Origin: a virus
Taxonomy: Duplodnaviria > Heunggongvirae > Uroviricota > Caudoviricetes
Virus record (IMG/VR): IMGVR_UViG_3300037461_000469
Coordinates: 1-29,751 of that record
Strand: one strand, 5' to 3'
DNA: 29,751 nt
The notes under the pieces are model-generated. The model was not told the DNA's origin and did no database searches. It saw only the letters and a list, made by a program, of their open reading frames with translations. This document shows, piece after piece, positions 1 through 8,733 of the stretch; the first letter of the stretch is position 1, and each line of letters starts with the position of its first letter. Made by a program: the position numbers and the translations under genes.

Positions 1-5
1 CATCA

Positions 6-257
6 ATGTCAGTTTCATTTACAAGACAAATGAAAAACGCTCGTGTTTTCTTGCAGAGGGTTCCTGCTGTTGGGGAAGGAGCAATTGCCGCAGGCTTGGA
101 AAAAAGATATGCAAAAGTAACAGCAATCACAAATACAGGATTTAGGGTGAGTCAAATGGGTAGTATCGTAAAATCAGGAAGCGACTACAAAAGAATAGAT
201 GCATCTGATGCCGGCGCAAATCAATATTACTACTTCGTAATTGGGGAGACAGTTTAA
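6..257 (+). CDS. Virion protein C-terminal domain (H-type lectin/gp53-like); probably the 3' end of a gene truncated by the window edge
   Basis: The frame is open upstream of the ATG at 6. Motifs RVFL...TAITNTGF...FVIGE match the C-terminus of 257..1879. TAATG stop/start overlap with the next gene. Confidence 0.65.
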   Translation: MSVSFTRQMKNARVFLQRVPAVGEGAIAAGLEKRYAKVTAITNTGFRVSQMGSIVKSGSDYKRIDASDAGANQYYYFVIGETV

Positions 258-1879
258 TGCCACAGAAAGTGGGAGCCGCAGGGCAAGTAATCAATTTCAA
301 TTTCGTACACGAGTTCGTGGCTGAAAATCTCAACAAACTCCTCTACTCGACTTTTACGCCTGGCGTTCTAAAATTTGACTACCTATTATCTGGTAGTGAA
401 ATAGAGATTAATTCTTTTTCTGCTTTAATACGTCCTAAAAATCAAAATTTCTTAGTCAAAGTCGATACACTAAGTTCCTTTAAGGTGGTTACTGGCGCAC
501 ACAATACTTATTTGGTTGCCTATATGGATTGGATAACTCCACCGAACGGATTTAACTACGAGACAGCAGACTATGGAATTTCAGGATATTCGGGATATTA
601 CACCGAAGATATTATTCCTTGTAGAATAGAATTAGATAACAGTATCAACTCCACACCTACAAAACACAATCTTACCGTAGGTGATATTATTCGTTTTGAC
701 GCAAGCAAGGGAGGAATTATTCAAGACCAAGACTATTACGTAGTGGAACTTCCAAATAATTCCGAAGAATCATTTATCATTTCCGCATCCGCAGGAGGAA
801 CACCATTTGTTACATACTCCAAAGAGGTGCAATATTTGAATTTCAAAAAGATGAATTCCCATATCGTGAAGTTCTCCTTCGTAGAAGAAAGTGAAATAGA
901 TTCGGATTATAATATTATTTTAGGTAAATTTATAGTCAGCCCTGGCGGTATAAAACACGCTTTGGATTTGACTTATCAAACCCAAGTCTACCTGAATGAC
1001 AACTGCATCAATTATGATACGTTGATTCGTTCAGGAGTGAGAACCCTTGAAGGAACTAATCCTGATTATATCGATGATGGAACTACGCAACGCCACGTTG
1101 GTAACACATCAGGAAATATTCCTTTAAGCAACAGTACGATGAACGTGGGACTTAACGCTCAGTACTTGAACGGCATCACAGTCAGCGATGCCGCAAACAG
1201 TATTGGCCTGAAGAATGGAGTTCTCTCGACTAATATGATTGCCGCAAGATTGCTTCGGGGCGGGTACGAGTATGCCCTTGGCCAGTCAGGTCTTATCAGT
1301 TACACAGGCTTCTCAGGATACAACGTGTCAGGATGGAGTGGTGCTTCAGGATTCTCGGCTTACTCAGGATATTTACCTATCAATAACACCGTACTTCAAA
1401 TATCTCTTAATGCGGAATATTTTGACGGCTATAGAGTTTCTGAATTTTCTTTGGTAGACCATACACACCGTCTAGATGAAATTGCCGATGGTACAACCTA
1501 CAAGAAAATTACGAACGTAGACGAGAATGGGCGTGTGGTAGCAGATTCATTAGGGCCTAAGACTCTAGAATACCGCCACCAAAGCCTGACAGTTCCGTTT
1601 CGCTACGACCTCACAACTCCAAAAAAGATATTCATGCTTGCAGGAGAAATTGGAAAAAGGGGGTCATCAGGAATAACATTCCGTAAAACATTTACAGATG
1701 CTCCTAGGGTTTTCCTTTTGAACCAAGAGACTGATGAGTGGAAATCAGTAGATGAAACTGCCATCACCACTACTGGATTTTGGGTTCACCACCACGAAGG
1801 CACATCAGGAACAAGTCTAGTTTCTGATAGTTCAACTGCTTTCTCAACCCATTGGCTCGCTGTTGGAGAATTGGCTTAG
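257..1879 (+). CDS. Putative baseplate/tail-fibre structural protein
   Basis: 540 aa. Contains HNLTVGDIIRF...YYV (a common virion beta domain), short GYSG patches and a C-terminal ITFRKTFTDAPRVFL...ITTTGF...WLAVG lectin-like domain. Structural-gene context. Confidence 0.7.
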   Translation: MPQKVGAAGQVINFNFVHEFVAENLNKLLYSTFTPGVLKFDYLLSGSEIEINSFSALIRPKNQNFLVKVDTLSSFKVVTGAHNTYLVAYMDWITPPNGFNYETADYGISGYSGYYTEDIIPCRIELDNSINSTPTKHNLTVGDIIRFDASKGGIIQDQDYYVVELPNNSEESFIISASAGGTPFVTYSKEVQYLNFKKMNSHIVKFSFVEESEIDSDYNIILGKFIVSPGGIKHALDLTYQTQVYLNDNCINYDTLIRSGVRTLEGTNPDYIDDGTTQRHVGNTSGNIPLSNSTMNVGLNAQYLNGITVSDAANSIGLKNGVLSTNMIAARLLRGGYEYALGQSGLISYTGFSGYNVSGWSGASGFSAYSGYLPINNTVLQISLNAEYFDGYRVSEFSLVDHTHRLDEIADGTTYKKITNVDENGRVVADSLGPKTLEYRHQSLTVPFRYDLTTPKKIFMLAGEIGKRGSSGITFRKTFTDAPRVFLLNQETDEWKSVDETAITTTGFWVHHHEGTSGTSLVSDSSTAFSTHWLAVGELA

Positions 1880-1922
1880 ATATTTTTGACGAATTCGATA
1901 AATAACATAGAGGAGTGAAAAT

Positions 1923-3101
1923 ATGAGCAAATATGTGGACGTACAAGGTTATGCGGGGACTGATTATAAACAAAGCGTAATCTGGCATTATAAAACAGAC
2001 ATCGACAGAGATGTTCTGAATCGTTGGTTCGTTAATATCTTTGAACAGGGTGTGTTGTATTACACCCTTAATCCTGATACTACAATCGACCCACCTGAAG
2101 TTGGTCCCACCATTTCAGCAGGAACATCATTTTTAATTAAACAAAAAGATGCGACCTCTCCTAATGAAAAAATCGCCAAGGTCGATATGATTTCTGATTA
2201 TGTACTTCCTGTTTATGCCGATGGAGCAGGATATGCCTTGATAGCACAATGGGATAACGATGATGATGAATACCGTGGTGTTGAGTTCTTCTTAAAAACT
2301 CCTGCGGAAATGCTTACCCTTATTGCTTCTGGAGAAAATTATGTTCAATTCGGAACGGTAACTATAGATTCTACAGCAGGCGGCGGCGCAACTCCTGGCT
2401 TGGTAAGTAGCAATACAACTGTTGGTCAAACTACAGCCTCAATGTATTCAGGATTAAATGGATGGTCAGGATATTCAGGAGTAGTAGGTCAATCAGGATA
2501 TTTAGGTGAGTCAGGATATTCAGGCTTCTCAGGATATTCAGGAGTAGATGGTGCGGCCGCGCTGATAGGTGATTCAGGATACTCAGGTGTGTCAGGTTAC
2601 AGCGGTGAAAATCCTGGATACTCAGGAGTATCGGGATACAGCGGCGTGTCGGGCTACAGCGGAGTAGGAGGTAGTGGATATAGTGGTGTGTCGGGCTATT
2701 CAGGTGTATCAGGATTTTCAGGAACCGCAGGTTCCGAATGTATTCTTGTAACTTGTTCTGATGAAGATACTCCCCTTACGACAGGATGGAAAACTGTTTT
2801 TCGTATGCCATATGCGATGGTATTAACTAGTGTTAAAGGAACATTGAGTACTAGTGGGGGAACTGCTGTAGATAGGGTAGAGGTAAAACTTCGTTATAAT
2901 TCAGATTATCCTGGCGATGAGGGAACTAATTTCTTATCTTCGACTCTTAGCATTTTAACAAAATCAGCAACATTAACGCCAGGTGGAGGAGGGATTACAT
3001 TCACTTATCTTCCTGCTGATTCAGAAATTTTAGTAGGAGTTCAATCTACAAGTGGTACTGTTGCTGGCTTAAAGGTATACCTTATCGGCAACAAATTGTA
3101 A
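1923..3101 (+). CDS. Gly-X-Ser repeat virion protein (tail-fibre-like)
   Basis: 392 aa, SD AGAGGAG. Central GYS/GVS triplets. C-terminal CSDEDTPLTTG..FRMPYAMVLTSV...GLKVYLIG domain that I recognise from phage structural proteins. Confidence 0.75.
   Translation: MSKYVDVQGYAGTDYKQSVIWHYKTDIDRDVLNRWFVNIFEQGVLYYTLNPDTTIDPPEVGPTISAGTSFLIKQKDATSPNEKIAKVDMISDYVLPVYADGAGYALIAQWDNDDDEYRGVEFFLKTPAEMLTLIASGENYVQFGTVTIDSTAGGGATPGLVSSNTTVGQTTASMYSGLNGWSGYSGVVGQSGYLGESGYSGFSGYSGVDGAAALIGDSGYSGVSGYSGENPGYSGVSGYSGVSGYSGVGGSGYSGVSGYSGVSGFSGTAGSECILVTCSDEDTPLTTGWKTVFRMPYAMVLTSVKGTLSTSGGTAVDRVEVKLRYNSDYPGDEGTNFLSSTLSILTKSATLTPGGGGITFTYLPADSEILVGVQSTSGTVAGLKVYLIGNKL
2444..2722 (+). repeat. Gly-X-Ser coding tandem repeat (9-bp unit)
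   Basis: Units such as TCAGGATAT / AGCGGAGTA are directly visible. Confidence 0.9.
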
Positions 3102-3120
3102 AAATGGAGAGTAATAAAGC

Positions 3121-4374
3121 ATGATTGGATTTATTGATAGTTTCCGATTTAACACCCTACCCGCAGGAATAATCGTCCCTTGGGCTGGTACCCGTGGTGC
3201 ATCTGCACCGCCAGGATGGTCTCTTGTTACTCATCCTAATAATGGAGTAGCCGGCTACAGCGGATGTTATATTAGGGGAGCGGGTGGTATAGTAGCAGTC
3301 GGGTCTTCGGGAATAGGTGGCTCACCAGATGGTAAAGTTACATTTTTTACGACATCAGATGGCTTACATAATAGTGCAGACCATAGAGTATGGGGAACTT
3401 CAGGTTGTACAGGACAATATCAGATAGATGCATTTAATAATAGCCGCCGAAAAGCAGACGGCGATGCCGCAGGAAATCACAACCATAGATTACTTTGCAC
3501 ACCAACAATGGGATACAATCAATATCAATTTATTAAAGCAACAACTTCAAAGGAAAAACTTCCAGCCAATGCTATTCTTTTAAATACCACACATTCCAAT
3601 ATTTCTTGGTTGACACAGATAGCAACAGAAGGAAAATATTTAAGAGCAGGAAACAGTACTGCTACTGGAGAAACTTCTGTTAATATTATTCAATGGGCTG
3701 ATGAGGGTGCTGGCATACTTGGTGGTAAACATACCCACGGATGGACTAATTATCAACCACCAAGTATAGATACACCTGGAGTACCACAAAAAGTGTATCC
3801 TAAAATTTTTATTATACCTGACCATCCAGACTATGATGGACGGGATGGATACCATGACCATGCTATCAACTCAGTAACCCTCAGAGATAAACTTAAAAAA
3901 GTATATGTAACAGCATGGACAAAGGCAACCTCTTTCTATGGATTTAAAGGAATGATTGGATTTTGGGAGGCGGCACTTCCTGTTCCTTCAGGCTGGGCCG
4001 TTTGTGATGGGAATAACGGGACTATAGATATGAGAGAACATTTTATAATGATGGGGGGTATAACTGATAGCACTCCTTTGGGGTCTAGAACAGGAACAAA
4101 TGTAATAAGTATCTTACCATCATCAGGAAACTTATTAGCGATGCAAAGATTTTCTAACCGCTTACAAGGTACTCTCGGTCATACCCATCATGTAGGTCCG
4201 GATGGTGAAAGTGCTGAATGGGTAGATGACCCCGATATTACAACAACTAATATATTAAGATTGGAGGTACAGCACGAACGTAGAGATGTTGACCATGACC
4301 ATCCTCTCACTCAGGGAACAAATTTGTCATTTTATCCACAATATTGCGCTTTATATATTATTCAAAAGTTATAG
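3121..4374 (+). CDS. Tail-collar domain short tail fibre protein (T4 gp12/gp10-like architecture)
   Basis: Collar motifs LPAGIIVPWAG..PPGW and GMIGFW..VPSGWAVCDGNNGTIDMREHF. Several HxH motifs (HNH, HTH, HDH). Ends PQYCALYIIQKL. Confidence 0.75.
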   Translation: MIGFIDSFRFNTLPAGIIVPWAGTRGASAPPGWSLVTHPNNGVAGYSGCYIRGAGGIVAVGSSGIGGSPDGKVTFFTTSDGLHNSADHRVWGTSGCTGQYQIDAFNNSRRKADGDAAGNHNHRLLCTPTMGYNQYQFIKATTSKEKLPANAILLNTTHSNISWLTQIATEGKYLRAGNSTATGETSVNIIQWADEGAGILGGKHTHGWTNYQPPSIDTPGVPQKVYPKIFIIPDHPDYDGRDGYHDHAINSVTLRDKLKKVYVTAWTKATSFYGFKGMIGFWEAALPVPSGWAVCDGNNGTIDMREHFIMMGGITDSTPLGSRTGTNVISILPSSGNLLAMQRFSNRLQGTLGHTHHVGPDGESAEWVDDPDITTTNILRLEVQHERRDVDHDHPLTQGTNLSFYPQYCALYIIQKL

Positions 4375-4386
4375 GAGAAGTATGGT

Positions 4387-5580
4387 ATGCCAAATATAGA
4401 CGCTCGTGAAATAATGGGGTTGGGGGCCGCATCAGGAATATCTGGCTACAGCGGCAGAGTAGGGTGGTCAGGAGTCTCAGGATTTTCTGCTCAAACGCCT
4501 GGAGACTCAGGATATTCAGGAATATCAGGGTATTTTGGAATATCAGGCTACAGCGGCGAATCAGGCTACAGCGGCGAATCAGGCTACAGCGGCTACTCAG
4601 GCTACAGCGGTGAATCAGGTTACAGCGGCGAAAAAGGAGAACCAAGCGCTGCAACATCAGGCTATTCCGGTCCATCAGGCTACTCAGGCATATCAGGCTT
4701 TAGCGGCTACTCAGGCGTATCAGGCTTTAGCGGCTACTCAGGCTACAGCGGCTACTCAGGCTACAGCGGCGTATCAGGATTTTCTTCGCAGTCTGGTTAC
4801 AGCGGAATATCGGGTTACTCTGCGTACTCAGGCTACAGCGGATACTCAGGTTATAGCGGATACTCAGGCTATAGCGGTAAATCGGGTTATAGCGGCTACA
4901 GCGGAATATCGGGATACAGCGGAATATCGGGATACAGCGGCAAATCGGGCTACTCAGGCATATCAGGTTACAGCGGTGAAAAAGGAGAACCAAGCGCTGC
5001 AACATCAGGCTATTCCGGTCCATCAGGCTACAGCGGCTACTCAGGCTACAGCGGATATTCAGGCTATAGCGGCAAGTCAGGATATTCCTCACCATCAGGC
5101 TACAGCGGCTACTCAGGCTACAGCGGCGTATCGGGCTACAGCGGCGTATCGGGCTACTCAGGCTACTCAGGGATATCAGGCTACTCAGGTATATCAGGCT
5201 ACAGCGGTATATCAGGCTACAGCGGCAAGTCGGGCTATTCAGGTGTTTCAGGATTCAGCGGCCTAGGAGTTGCAGGCGTTTACTCGACAACATTTGATGC
5301 TAGTGCATCATGGTCGAACATGACCACTTACTACAAAATCGATTTTACCCACAGTTTAAACTCTCAAAAATTAGTCGTACAAGTTTGGGATGAAACGGTT
5401 TCGCCAGGAAATTCGGGATATGACCCCGTACCTGTCGCTCCATACTACGAGACGCAAACAGTTCCTAAACCTTATCAACTAGTAAAGAGAGGAAATAATG
5501 AACTTCGTTTGCAAGTTAACCAAACTCCTGGCGTTGATGGAAGATTTGCAGGCCGAATTGTAATAATTTCTATAACGTAA
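4387..5580 (+). CDS. Gly-X-Ser repeat virion protein, about 70% repeat
   Basis: 397 aa, SD AGGAG. Residues about 15-292 are G-X-S triplets. C-terminal FTHSLNSQKLVVQVWD beta domain. Confidence 0.8.
   Translation: MPNIDAREIMGLGAASGISGYSGRVGWSGVSGFSAQTPGDSGYSGISGYFGISGYSGESGYSGESGYSGYSGYSGESGYSGEKGEPSAATSGYSGPSGYSGISGFSGYSGVSGFSGYSGYSGYSGYSGVSGFSSQSGYSGISGYSAYSGYSGYSGYSGYSGYSGKSGYSGYSGISGYSGISGYSGKSGYSGISGYSGEKGEPSAATSGYSGPSGYSGYSGYSGYSGYSGKSGYSSPSGYSGYSGYSGVSGYSGVSGYSGYSGISGYSGISGYSGISGYSGKSGYSGVSGFSGLGVAGVYSTTFDASASWSNMTTYYKIDFTHSLNSQKLVVQVWDETVSPGNSGYDPVPVAPYYETQTVPKPYQLVKRGNNELRLQVNQTPGVDGRFAGRIVIISIT
4429..5262 (+). repeat. Gly-X-Ser coding tandem repeat, including an exact 54-bp duplication (4630-4683 and 4978-5031)
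   Basis: TCAGGCTAC/AGCGGCTAC units. The block GAAAAAGGAGAACCAAGCGCTGCAACATCAGGCTATTCCGGTCCATCAGGCTAC occurs twice, 348 bp apart. Confidence 0.92.
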
Positions 5581-5601
5581 AATAAGGATGTTAAACTATA
5601 G

Positions 5602-5925
5602 ATGCCAACAAGAGCAGGGGAAATCCTACTAAACAATAACCAAGCCACCTATGCCAATCTGCTCTCCTTCTATACGAAAACATTCAAGGGTGCGCTGATA
5701 AACTACAGCGTAATGCGTGGCAACCAAGTCGAACAGGGCGAAATTCACCTGACGTACAACCGCTTTACGAATACCGCACAAATCGTAACGGTTGCCAACT
5801 TTGATGAAACAGGAGTCTTATTTTGTGCCTCTGTCGATGAAGAATATGTAAGGGTATTGTATATTTCCTCGAATACAGGAGTCGCTCCTATCTTTAAACA
5901 CTCCATTACTTACTTTCCATTATAA
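5602..5925 (+). CDS. Hypothetical structural protein
   Basis: 107 aa, predicted beta-rich (FKGALINYSV..GEIHLTYN). TAATG coupling to the next gene. Confidence 0.65.
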   Translation: MPTRAGEILLNNNQATYANLLSFYTKTFKGALINYSVMRGNQVEQGEIHLTYNRFTNTAQIVTVANFDETGVLFCASVDEEYVRVLYISSNTGVAPIFKHSITYFPL

Positions 5926-7610
5926 TGAGCAGAAGAATATTTCAAAACTGTGATAAAGTCTTCACCATCGAAGATAATGGCGTAATCACAGCAGGAGATA
6001 CACAGGGTTATGATGACTTAGCCCAAGCATCAGGACATAGTGGATACAACAATATCCCTAACCTGAACTTTATCGATGACCGAACAGTTGGTGTATTGAC
6101 AGTACCAACTTTTAAGGATAATGGTGATGGAACAGTAACAATAGGAGCCACAACTGTCCATCTTCGGGACAATCCCAACAGCACGGGGGCCATTATTGAA
6201 TATCCTGTAGCGGGTGCAACATTAGGCCCATTGACAATTAGTGGTATGCAGTATATCACTATTCATTACAACGGCGGCAGTCCTGAATATAGAATAGTAA
6301 ATTATCCAACCCAAACTAGCAGTAGTGATGAGATAATTGTTTTTGTTGTATGGCGTATTGATGATGGAGTCATCGATGAAGTTCATTCTATCGATACGGG
6401 AACTGTCGGTAAAGGACTTGCCAATAAAATGTTTTTTGTCCAAGCATGGACAGACCCTTATAGATTATTTTATGGTGATTATACAACAGCCCGTATTGCT
6501 GAAATCACCACACCTACAAACAGAACAATCACCGTTACAGGCGGCCCCGTTTATGCCCTCAATCAAATAGTAACACTAGGTAATTTTGATTCTTCCGTGG
6601 ATAGAATGACCTTTACTCGACAGGTTGCAGGAGTTTGGACATATTCAGACGAAACAACATACAACAATACCGACTATTGTAATGCTGGAGTCGTAACTCC
6701 TATTCCTGCAAATAAGTATGCAGTTAGATGGTTTTATCGAAGCATCGGAGATGCCAAACAAGTATTTTATCTTTTAGGAAGGAACTATTACAACACTTCC
6801 GATTTAGCAAAAAAAGAAATACCTTACGATACAATTCCTTCTGTTCTTCGCTACCATTGTATGCTTATCGGCAGGTCGGTTGTTCAGGAAGGCGTAGTAG
6901 ATGGTGAAACAGAAACCTATTTTGTTTCAGGTGGCGGTGGAGGCGGCGGTGGTGTTGGTGCATCGGGATTTAGTGGTGAAAGTGGTTACAGCGGCAAGTC
7001 AGGATACTCTGCTTACTCAGGCGTATCAGGCTATTCTGCATACTCAGGAGTTAGCGGTTACTCAGCCTACAGCGGTGTGTCGGGTTACAGCGGCATATCA
7101 GGCTTTTCTGCCTACAGCGGAGTATCGGGATATTCTGCATACTCAGGTATATCGGGGTTTAGCGGATATCGGACAAATATTATTTCCCAAGCCCACACAT
7201 TTGCTGTAGGTGATGTTATTCGGTATGATGGGGGGACGAATACTTATATTAAAGCGCAAGCCGATTCAGTCGTAAATGCCGAAGTTATCGGCATCGTTAC
7301 GGCAGTTCCAAGCGGTACGGTATTTGAATATATTACTCACGGTATAGTATCGGGATTAGTTGGATTGACGGATGGTGATGTATATTTTTTAAGTGAAACT
7401 ACTGCGGGTTTGCTAACGGATGTTTCCCCAACCGATATAGGGGAAGTATCAAAACCCCTATTGTTAGCCACTTCATCAACAGAAGGAATATTTTTTAACT
7501 TTCGTGGTGTGGAAATTGTAGAGGATAGAGGAATTTCGGGATATTCGGGTTATTCAGGCGGCGGTGGAAGTGGTGGAGCAGATATATTACAAGTTCAAAT
7601 ATTTAGTTAG
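5925..7610 (+). CDS. Gly-X-Ser repeat virion/tail-fibre protein
   Basis: 561 aa. GYS/AYS tract at about 6961-7168. Domain QAHTFAVGDVIRY..YIKAQAD..EVIGIV..GDVYFLSETTAG resembles common phage virion domains. Ends GGADILQVQIFS. Confidence 0.75.
   Translation: MSRRIFQNCDKVFTIEDNGVITAGDTQGYDDLAQASGHSGYNNIPNLNFIDDRTVGVLTVPTFKDNGDGTVTIGATTVHLRDNPNSTGAIIEYPVAGATLGPLTISGMQYITIHYNGGSPEYRIVNYPTQTSSSDEIIVFVVWRIDDGVIDEVHSIDTGTVGKGLANKMFFVQAWTDPYRLFYGDYTTARIAEITTPTNRTITVTGGPVYALNQIVTLGNFDSSVDRMTFTRQVAGVWTYSDETTYNNTDYCNAGVVTPIPANKYAVRWFYRSIGDAKQVFYLLGRNYYNTSDLAKKEIPYDTIPSVLRYHCMLIGRSVVQEGVVDGETETYFVSGGGGGGGGVGASGFSGESGYSGKSGYSAYSGVSGYSAYSGVSGYSAYSGVSGYSGISGFSAYSGVSGYSAYSGISGFSGYRTNIISQAHTFAVGDVIRYDGGTNTYIKAQADSVVNAEVIGIVTAVPSGTVFEYITHGIVSGLVGLTDGDVYFLSETTAGLLTDVSPTDIGEVSKPLLLATSSTEGIFFNFRGVEIVEDRGISGYSGYSGGGGSGGADILQVQIFS
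6961..7168 (+). repeat. Gly/Ala-X-Ser coding tandem repeat
   Basis: Repeated SGYSAYSGV-type 9-residue units. Confidence 0.9.
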
Positions 7611-7621
7611 GAGAATAAAGA

Positions 7622-7978
7622 ATGGCAACATATTCAAAACAAAAATTGAGTGGTTCAACAAATGGAAAGGCTATTAAACTATCTGGAACTGATTCGGCAG
7701 GAGCAGTAACAATTCATACTGCTATCAATAATGAAACAGATTGGGATGAAGTATGGGTATATTGTAATAATACTTCGGCGGCATCAGTAAAATTAACAAT
7801 TGAATGGGGAACTTCCACTGCGGCAGATGGAAATATAGAAAAAACTATACCCGCTGAAGATGGATTATACTGTATAATTCCAGGGTTGATTCTTCAAAAC
7901 TCATTAGTAATAGAAGCATTTGCGGGAACAGCAAATGTATTGTTGATTACTGGATTTGTAAATAGGATAACAGCATAA
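7622..7978 (+). CDS. Conserved phage structural protein (small beta-sandwich)
   Basis: 118 aa, SD AGGAG. MATYSKQKLSGSTNGKAIK...DEVWVY...KLTIEWG...GFVNRIT is a pattern I recognise from phage hypothetical proteins. Confidence 0.7.
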   Translation: MATYSKQKLSGSTNGKAIKLSGTDSAGAVTIHTAINNETDWDEVWVYCNNTSAASVKLTIEWGTSTAADGNIEKTIPAEDGLYCIIPGLILQNSLVIEAFAGTANVLLITGFVNRITA

Positions 7979-7980
7979 AA

Positions 7981-8685
7981 ATGAGTAGAGCCTTTTATCG
8001 AAATCGATTGGTATTGGGGGCAATACCACAAATACCAAGAACATATTATGGTGCTAGTTTATTACACATGAATGGAGATAATGAATCAACTACTTTTACC
8101 GATGTTTCTGGAAAAATTTGGACTCCAAATGGAAATGCTAAATTATCAACCTCTAGTCCTAAATTTGGAACTGCTTGTGGAACATTTGCTGCCGCTACTG
8201 ATTATATCTCTACTCCAGCAAATACAGATTTTAATTTAGCAACAAATAATTTTACGATTGATTTTTGGTGTATAGTTCCAGATGCGGTTACAAATGTAAA
8301 TTTTTATAAACAACGGTTGGATGGTGATAACTATGTCGCTATATCAAGAAACATGACTTATGGTTCTTGGTTTTATGCTGAATTGTCTAATACCCAAGTC
8401 ATATATTGTCTTGCTGGTAATCTAAAAAGTATAGGGGGTGGCACGGCTTGGACTCATATTGCCGTTACTAGAAGCGGTAGTGCATGGAAATTTTTTGCGG
8501 GGGGAGTAGACCAAACAACATCAGGAAGCACTTCATCTGCAACGGTTCCTTATTTTGCTTCAACTGATATTATAATAGGAGAACAAACATCGGGAACTGG
8601 CACAGTCAAACTTGATGAATTTAGAATTTTGAATGGTGAGGCTATATGGACTTCCAATTTTTCAGTTCCGACAGCAGAGTATTAA
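7981..8685 (+). CDS. LamG/concanavalin-A-like jelly-roll virion protein
   Basis: LLHMNG...TFTDVS...KFG...NFTIDFW...WTHIAVTRSG...LDEFRI..G.A.WTSNF is a typical LamG-like signature. Confidence 0.8.
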   Translation: MSRAFYRNRLVLGAIPQIPRTYYGASLLHMNGDNESTTFTDVSGKIWTPNGNAKLSTSSPKFGTACGTFAAATDYISTPANTDFNLATNNFTIDFWCIVPDAVTNVNFYKQRLDGDNYVAISRNMTYGSWFYAELSNTQVIYCLAGNLKSIGGGTAWTHIAVTRSGSAWKFFAGGVDQTTSGSTSSATVPYFASTDIIIGEQTSGTGTVKLDEFRILNGEAIWTSNFSVPTAEY

Positions 8686-8733
8686 TAATATGGGATGTAT
8701 AAAAATTCTTTAGATAAAAATAAATAGGAATAG

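Noticed and set aside
4358-5266. Long alternative-frame ORFs in the GYS tracts (4535..5266 +, 4358..4675 -, 4727..5095 -; also 6901..7209 and 8759..9007)
   Set aside because: These are shadows of the 9-bp repeat, which lacks stops in other frames (QATAA or RCSL repeats). They have no RBS and are fully nested in better-supported genes.
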